A stretch of DNA of 64,000 nucleotides from Tubulanus polymorphus. Its lineage: Eukaryota; Animalia; Nemertea. The stretch lies in contig NC_134025.1 in assembly GCF_964204645.1 (NCBI RefSeq), positions 6,510,001-6,574,000 of the forward strand, read 5' to 3'. The notes below the pieces were generated by a model. That model saw only the letters and a list, made by a program, of their open reading frames with translations. It had not been told where the DNA came from and ran no database searches. Positions 55,694 to 64,000 of the stretch are shown one piece after another. The position numbers and the translations under genes were made by a program. How positions within the stretch are numbered: the first letter of the stretch is position 1; each line of letters starts with the position of its first letter.

Positions 55694-56166
55694 TAGGAGC
55701 TGAAACTTGGCTGGTCAAGCATATGGATTCAATCTACATTACATTAGCGTTGATAATGCACTACTGCGCACAGTCCGAGAGAGACGACGACGACGCTCTT
55801 ATACCATTTAGCATATCATTTTCATATTCACCGATCCGTATATATGTACCGCGTACCATCGATGTATCGGTAACGCGCCGAATATCGTTCTCGTAAATAA
55901 TACGCCCCGGTTACGTAAGAAGGTACCTCCTCGAAACCCGACGTCGACGAACAACGTAAAAAAAAAAAACGCGTTACATCATCGGATATTGCGATACAAT
56001 GTCAAAACTTCGATCAATCTTATATATCGGTGTTTTTATGTAATAATTAGCTGTCACTCATGCGAGTGAGGGTAGTTTAGCAGCGAGAGTTATGGTGCCT
56101 GGATCAGATCAGTCAGTGCCTTACAGAAAACAATTGCCACATATCGCAAATTCCCCTCATAATATG

Positions 56167-56279
<113 letters not shown>

Positions 56280-56817
56280 TCAGTGTTGTTGTCAACTAAA
56301 CATTTGACATATGACAGCAGACGCAAGTTTTGCATCCATTACTGAGACGTCGTCGGAAGTCTATCACCTCGTCTCTCGTACGCTATCTCGCGACTATATA
56401 GACCAGGCTATAGTCTTGTCGTCACCCGATGTCGATATCGATTAAGAAGAAGGTAATTAGCTACTATCATTCGTCGCATCAGTTACCGCATCACCGTTCA
56501 GATCGTCACTATTCATCGTATACACCTCATCATCATTCTCCTCGTCCTTTTCATTCCTCTATCGCCAGACTACACACGGCTTCGGAGAGCAGCATGTCCT
56601 ATTCCTCACTTGCCAGATGACACTAATAAAGATATCCGGGCTATTTGTTTTATGATCTCATTCACCGAGCGCAGTGGTGGCCTTCTCTATTGCATTATGC
56701 AAGCTGACCACGTTAATATTTACAGACTGCCCCATATTACCTCCAGGTAATTCATATCTTTTATCAAATTGCAGATAACATCTAATAAACGACAGGACAC
56801 CATTTCCTATCACTCTT

Positions 56818-57068
56818 AAGCCACAATCACATGAGCATTTTTGGCCAGAGCAAAACAAAGTCAGACCAGGCCCAGCCAAATTTTAGCACGGGTCAAATTA
56901 TTGTGTATGAAATGCTAAGTTGGAAGTGACTCACTTTGCTTTGTTTAAGCATTGTTTAGTAACGAGTGAGTAGTTTATATGTGAACGCGCTCTCTAATTA
57001 GACACGGGCCAAATTTGAATCGGGCCTAATGTACCGAGGCCAAATCGTTGCAGTGTGATCACAGCTTT
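56818..57068 (+). mobile_element. MITE family copy B with imperfect TIRs
   Basis: aagccacaatcacatgagcatttttggcc ... ggccaaatcgttgcagtgtgatcacagctt, with the core shared with copies A and C. Confidence 0.75.
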
Positions 57069-57401
57069 TAAGTGACGAATTTCGAAGAATATTCACGTAG
57101 AAAATTTGATAGTTTTCTTCTCGGAATAGATGTAAACAGCTAATAAAATCCTGGGTGCAGAATAACGAAAGTGATTTATCATCGTATTATAAAGATCAAA
57201 GTTTATTAATGGATATGACATTATATTCGCACCGGTGTCACTATTGTTAACTATTGCAGAAATTGATTACCACTCTAGAACCATCTTTTCATTCCTAGAC
57301 AAACGTTGCTAGGCTCTAAATGGAATCATCAATGGGTAGAATAACTTCTTTAATGCTTTCTCTTGCTATCATTCCCATCTATGCATTTAAGGGCTGATAT
57401 T

Positions 57402-57646
57402 AAGGGCTGATTTATAGGGGGTGCCACCTATTTTTGAGTGAATATTGTTGAAAAAAAGACAACAGGAAAATTTATGTAATAATACCAGAATTCTTTTTTC
57501 AAGAATAACTATTTTAAAAGGATCAAATTTTCAAAAGTTTCTGGGGAGAGAACCCTGTTCAACGAACCTAGCAGGTTCCTGTAACGGCAAATTCATTTTC
57601 ATCTAAAGTGCGTTCCCCTTTTCAAATTTTCTAAATCTGCCCCTTG
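57402..57646. mobile_element. Decayed hAT-like non-autonomous element
   Basis: Ends aagggctgatttata ... ctaaatctgcccctt form an imperfect inverted pair of the CAGGGGCGGATTT type. Confidence 0.4.
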
Positions 57647-60299
57647 CGTTAACGAAAAAAAATTCGGACTCTTTGATATGATCCCACGGATAAGTTCACT
57701 AAAGTGCCATATAAATTGTCCATTTTAAGATTTTGGTGAAATTGGTCTACGTAATAAGAGAATACGCCATAAACCCAAAGGAAAAGAGGAAAATTGATTG
57801 ATGTGCCCGGGTGCTTGCTTCGAGCAGTGGTAAGGTAGTAAAAGTAATTAATCTGAACATTGGTCTGACAACCTCACATAAACTACCACCGACATTAAAA
57901 AGAAAAAAAAACTCTATGTAGTCTGAGAAATCGCAGTGGACTGGGGTCAATGAACAATCGTGCCCCACAATCTATGCAGCTACAAGACACTGAGATAGAA
58001 TAATTGACTATCAACTATTAATCATTACAAAGCTCACAGGTTGTTTGATGATAACTAGGTTCCACGATCGCAGTATCCTGTTTTCAATCAGGGAATTCAG
58101 GATTTTCAAACTCATGAAGTGATTTATATAATAAAACTCTCCACTGTCAACAACTAGACGGATGAAGCCAGTTTCTGGTAATACTGACTTGTGACGGATT
58201 GACGAGAAAAATTCAGTTGACAAGACTGAAGATAAATCCAGAATCTACGATACCTCCCATCTGGAGTCAGGCAGCAAACCACTTCGCCTTCATGAATAAA
58301 ACGTTTTAATCAATCAATGCACAAAAAATCACAGTGTCCACTGAATAAATTAAAAACTGTGAAGCTCATTAAAATTGGCCATAAACATCATCCCAATCTG
58401 TCAGTATATGAAAAGATGAACCGTTGAGCAGAGACTGAGATTGAATTATCTAATTAGCGTATATTTAGAGAAAATAAATGACAGTTATAAATTGATGGAT
58501 CATCAATCGAGTTATTAAGAAGCGACCCATTAATCCATCACCGGCGCTAAAGATCTATTCAAAGCGTTGAGGGGTTGAATCGGTCGACAGAGCGGGAAGG
58601 AAGGGACAGAGAAATCGATTTTTGACAGGGAGTGGGAGAACAGAAAGTTCACGGAGAGGGAGTGGGAGTAGGTGATAGAGGGGGATGAGAGAGGGATGGA
58701 GCGGTATGGAACAGAATGGAAATGTTAATGACTATACACAGAATGAAGGTAAAGGTAAAATAAAGGTAGAAAACAGGAAAGTTGATGACAATGAAACTAG
58801 TGAAGAAAACAGAAGAAGGTTGTTGACCCAGAAAATTATGTAGGATGTTGTCGACAATGCCATCATCACTTGGTAGAAGCTGTGCTTCGACATATATGAA
58901 GCTGCACGTCAAATTCACAGAATTTCTAACTGACTGATAATTGCACACAAGGCCGTGATAATGACTACCAATCGCTAATGGAATCCTGAAATTATCAAAT
59001 CAGAGTTTTGAATTTTAACCCTTTGACTTTGATCGTACTATACGAACAGACATCTCTTTCTTAGAGTAATCTACGTCTTATCAACCATTGGATCGGTGAT
59101 TGAGCAAAGCTATTCAACCATGAAGACCATTTATAGGTCCATAGAAATGTCGCAAATTTTCCTAACACAGGATGAGCTAGCTAAAGAAATCGAAAATGAC
59201 TGCTGCCTTTGTGCGTTAAGATTTTGCATCTTTTCCATACAGTTCCCTTGAATTACTTTACGAAATGTGCGGATTTCACGTGAGCTTCAACGAATATTTT
59301 GTTGCTGAAGATGAAGGGGTTTCATTATAAAATCACCGAACTGGTAGCAATACAGTTGGGTAACGGTTGGAGCACACTACAACCGTACATGCAAATAGAC
59401 GGTACGCTCCCTTCCTTCCTTCCATCTCTCTCGTGATTTTGAGATATTCTTTTTATGCCACAAGACAAATAAATGACTAGACCTGAACAATAATTCTGAA
59501 ATGTTTCGGATACAAAACACACATAAACATTACGTTAATTCAGTTGAGGAGGTAATAATTTTTTGAGAACTTTGTCCGTGGGGCAAAAATTACATGAGCT
59601 ACACTCGCGATAACCTGTGACCTTCTCAGCAATGGCGAGTTTCTATTTCAAGTGGCGACCGACGATGACTGAAGTCAATATCGGAATCAAAGACAGACCA
59701 ACCCCGAGCAGTGGCTCGGTTAGAGATAAGGTTATTATTATTGACTCAGAAAGTCAACCATTTCACAATCTGTGATATTGATGACACCACAGCACAGCTT
59801 CACATGTATGCATGTATGTACTGTACATATTATCATTCAACCTTGACTCTTGTCGAACTAAATAAGCGACTACTGGCGAAACAACAACAGCGTAGTTGTG
59901 TAGTTGTCTTTTTGACACCGTAAAAACTGTTACAATAATGTTTATATATATACATTGATAGTTAAGAATGCGTTATATAAGGGGTTCTTTGTGAGTCATC
60001 ATCTTCAATATTGGCGTTTCAAAATAACAATTACAATCGTGAATTTTGGCGTTTATTTTGAAATTAGATGTATCTAATAACTTGGATGCACCCTACGTCA
60101 TTCTTTTTCTACTGGTCATATTATACACGACTGAAATGAGATGATAGACATTGTGCGGGGTCGTATAATATGATAATGAATTGACAGTGGACGGATATTT
60201 AGTCAGGTAGTCAGTGCACTCGGCAGGAAATATGACATCCTGATGTTACTGATTATAACAGATAGGTAACACTTCATCCATACAGATCTGCGTACAGTA

Positions 60300-60863
60300 A
60301 CTCACGTCATTCGAACGTCAGCAAAACCGATGAATACCAGTATGTCAAAAAAATGTTTCTTCGCATTTACTTTGAGATACGAGTACATGCAGAAATTATT
60401 TGATTTTTGTTTCTCCAATACTGTTTTGGTCAGCATACTACAAATATACTTCAGTGAACCGAATGAGGAACAACCCATAGGCGACAACGGTTCTCGGGCT
60501 CAGGCTCGAACTTAAACTCGAAATGACCATGGGTTATTTCCCATTGTATTTTGGATATGTTGTATCTAGGGACAATAGCTAAATTTTGTTAAGACACCTT
60601 TTTGAATTTCAACTTCGTTCCTCATCGTGAGGTCATCTTTAAGGTAATGTCACTGAAAAACAGTTTTTGGTACCTAGTTCTGCCGCTAGGTGGCACACTG
60701 GGCCGATTCTTTGCACTGCACAATCTCCCATAGTAACATTGTACCAAAGTTCCATCAAGATCAACCCACTATTAATGAAGCTAAAGTAGCTGAAAGACAG
60801 CACACAGGCAGGTAGACAGACAGTATGAAAATAAGGGTCTCACAGAAGCCCAAGAACTAAAAA
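60300..60863 (+). mobile_element. Candidate Helentron-associated (HINE/DINE-1-like) interspersed repeat
   Basis: tgtaccaaagttccatcaagatc is followed by a decayed (GACA)n tract and an A-rich end, an arrangement typical of such invertebrate repeats. It carries the CTCF-like GCCGCTAGGTGGCAC at 60682. Boundaries are uncertain. Confidence 0.35.
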
Positions 60864-63247
60864 TAGGTCCGTGGCTTTAAGAGATAACCAGCCATCGGAG
60901 ATTCAAAACAATTTTCCTTTGTATAGGCTTCTTATTCGTTTTTAGTACACATGAATATATATCCCGCGACCATGAACCAACTTCAGCAGAAACCATAAAA
61001 TTTGATCACTAAAACCGACAGTTCGCGAACACTACAATATATCCGAGCTCGTTGTACACTAGAATGTCCACTTGGATGGAAACTCTCAGCAATAACTTGT
61101 TGCAGACAGCCAGACTGTCATGAGCTCGTACTTAAAATTCTATCACTACGTCTCATTCAATAATCTGGGTCTGATCACGTACTATCATTAAATAATATCG
61201 GATTATTACGCGAGTTGATGCCGCGATCGGCATAAAACTGCGTGAAATCTGACATAACAGGACAAAAAAATGCCAAATCTTGATATACGACCGATTCGCG
61301 GTGGCTAGCAGCCGCGGTAAATCAATAAACTTACAATCGAGCCATACAAATTAGATATGAACAGAAAATACTGCGTAAAACCATCGACGATGGCAGCTGA
61401 CCGCGCCAATAATACGCGTCACAATTGAAACCGATTGTCGCAGTAAAACCGGCTTAATCCAGATCATACCGCTAAAAGATCACAAGATGTTCCGATTAAA
61501 AACGTGGGACAAAAACAAACTGGACAACCTGATATCACTAATTGTAGCAGATTTCACCGAAAAATGAGAATAATTTGACATCAAATATAGAAGTTTGATT
61601 GAAAGTGAACTAGAAATTATTCAGATTTTGAGAGTCGAAAATATCAGATTAATTTTCCATGTTGGTTTTCTAGAAACTTCTACATAATGACAAATACAAA
61701 TTCATAAACGTATTTAACTAGATTTGTCATCAAATTCATGATTCATATTCATTCAGTTAGGAGACGTGGACGCATATTCATATTGCATCAACTCAACAGC
61801 ATCCCTGGCAGCGATACTCTACTAAACAGTTTGTCGCCACTTGCAAACGGCAGATGTCTTCATAAATGGACGGCCTTTCAATCGTTGGGAAAACATTTCC
61901 CTCTCAAGATTACGCCGCCGAAAGCATTCTGAATTGAATCATTTCTGCCGCCCATATTCAGCCGCGAGATCGGTAAAGGCCTCCGAAGAGATAAGTCAAG
62001 AGCAACATCGATGACGTCATTGATAAGAAGGATCAACATCAGCAAGGAACAGCGCTGCGCATATGCAGAAGTAACTGCAAAGCTGGCTGGACATCGGCTG
62101 ATTAAATTCCTGGTCACACAACACCAGTACACCCATATCATATTACTTACTATACACACGATAGTGTTAGTGTTAGTATACGGCAACAAAACAGTTCTAA
62201 GAATGGTCTGGATCCAGCAAAGCAGTAAAATGAATATATGACGTTTATATTTCGCTGAAACTAATATGCAGACCACTTATTGTACAGCGTGATAAATTGA
62301 ACCCTCACCGCTATTAGATGCTCTTAAAGATAAGAAAGGTTCGGAAGAAATGAGCAAAACTTGTGTCTCGACGATACAGGGTCTGCCTCATACAGGGGAC
62401 GTGCGTGATTATGAGGCTCGGTGTAATGGAAAGACCGTGTCGTCGTATGACGAGCAATCAGCATATAATGCATGTATATAAGGGAAACACAATCAACGAA
62501 ATTCAAAGTTGTTAACCCTGGCAGTGATCTCGGATTCAATCACTATGGAAACGATATCCCAGGTACACCGGAATAAATCCTAATCTAACTTCACTCAGTA
62601 CAGTACTGATCACACATTTCAAGCGCCTCCGGTCTAACCATCATCTGATCTTTTCAATGAGGTCCCCCTAGTGTTTGTCGGCGCTGTACTGCCAGGCCTG
62701 CACCGATCTGTCTTGAACAGATACTAACATAGGGTGTTCTATTATACAAGCATCTAAACTAAATCTTGACTAGTAGAATACTTAAAATTCAAATAATCTA
62801 TAGACATAAAGACATCAGAAGATCGGTGATATATTTGTGTCTCATGTCAAATCTTCGAATGATGCCACCTCATTACCTCTTACCGATGAGTTTGAGAGAT
62901 GAAAATGTTGATCAATTTTTCATATCCAGATCATTTGAATTCACAAATGAGGTGTATAATCAGACGAAATTGTCATGATTTATTGAAATTTCATTTCAAT
63001 TTTTGCATCGGTGATGATATCGTGAAACACTTTTCATAAAAAAAACAGTCAATCAGTTTATCACCAACTGGTTGAAAAACGAGACAAACGAAATATTGCA
63101 ATCACCCGGTTACGCTTCTCTGCTGACTGTTTGTACGCATGAATTGAGCGATATCGCTTTCAATACTGAAAGAAGAACCGTGCAATAATATTTGCTAATA
63201 GGGTTTAATTGCCAGATGAATAATACACTCACATAGCATGTTAACCA

Positions 63248-63540
63248 AAGCCCCGAACACACGCGGACGATTTGGACCGGGTCAAACTGGGGCCCATATC
63301 AGACCCGAGCAATATTTGACCAGGGCTTAATTAGCGCGTTTACACGTTACAAACCACTCACTCAATACTAAACAACGCTGTGACGAAGAGAGACGCGTCA
63401 CTTCCAAAACCAGTAAGCATTCACTGGCAATGATTTGAGCCGTGCTAAAAGTTGGCTCAGGCCTGGTCCAAACTTTTAGGCCGGGCCAAATCTGGACTGG
63501 GTCAAATAGGCACGGGCCCATTTGGCACCTGTGTGAACTG
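63248..63540 (-). mobile_element. MITE family copy C (opposite orientation), PIF/Harbinger-like ends
   Basis: Contains the reverse complement of the core of copies A and B (actcactcaatactaaacaacgc...gtcacttccaa...ccagtaagcattcac). Ends are gccccgaacacac ... gtgtgaac. Confidence 0.75.
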
Positions 63541-64000
63541 TTAGTCGGGGACCAAAACGCTAGCGTGATCGCGGCTCTAGTAGATTGCGGTTCAATACGC
63601 AGTTTTGTCTCGGTGTCTTTGACTGTTCATTTCTTCAAGGATACATTTACCCATTGAACCCGTGAAAGTGACATTAAAGTGATGGGTCTGTCGGTGTCGG
63701 GTGAAAGCGCTCTCTCCACTCTGGACGTCAGTCGTCCCATAATCTCTCACGAACACGCATAACAAGTGCGCCTACAAACATATTCATCATCATTTCAATC
63801 GACGAGGTATTGCCAGATCTGACAAAAGAGTTATCGCTATTTAATGGTGGATTTATTGATCTGACGCTAAGACAGAAAGACTGAGGGGAAGAGCGCGAAG
63901 AGTGCGGAGACCACCACTGCCATAACGGCTAAAGGCTATTCTGATTGTTACTGTGTGCGAGATGTGTTATATATTGGCATGCAATTAACTTGCCAAGAAT

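Noticed and set aside
56456-56560. Short acidic minus-strand frame (RNEKDEENDDEVY...)
   Set aside because: Its phase does not fit the flanking tomosyn junction (phase 2), it ends in a stop and it has a purine-rich acceptor context.
58252-58300. Possible phase-2 donor (gggag|gtatcg) as an alternative tomosyn exon
   Set aside because: An in-frame stop lies just upstream, there is no ATG or good acceptor, and it has no similarity to the expected preceding exon (...WNKAIEL-like).

Overview
AT-rich eukaryotic (invertebrate-like, spliceosomal GT-AG introns) genomic DNA with three protein-coding genes. (1) An orphan class A GPCR with an intronless CDS, SREB/GPR85-like, on + (5642-7081). (2) The 5' part of midasin (MDN1/Rea1) on -, from the ATG at 22085 through about 37 compact exons to the Walker A region of the sixth AAA module (last visible exon 10243-10371). 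No further midasin exon is recognisable down to base 1, so the GPCR appears to be nested antisense in a >10 kb midasin intron. (3) The 3' part of tomosyn (STXBP5/5L) on -, from an internal WD40 exon at 54975 to the stop at 27143. The most interesting part is the 12 kb tomosyn hypervariable region (30151-42418). It holds a phase-coherent set of candidate alternative exons: two phase 0-1 exons that would be mutually exclusive, symmetric cassettes and microexons, and a possible GC donor. It also has a clear excess of sense-strand UGCAUG (RBFOX) motifs and several CTCF-like sites. Also present: a 1467 bp non-autonomous TIR element with a 5 bp target-site duplication in midasin intron 1, a fold-back hairpin built from two tRNA B-box-containing arms between tomosyn and midasin, several MITE families and long (TA)n tracts. 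Exon boundaries were read by eye and family assignments come from recalled sequences, not database searches.
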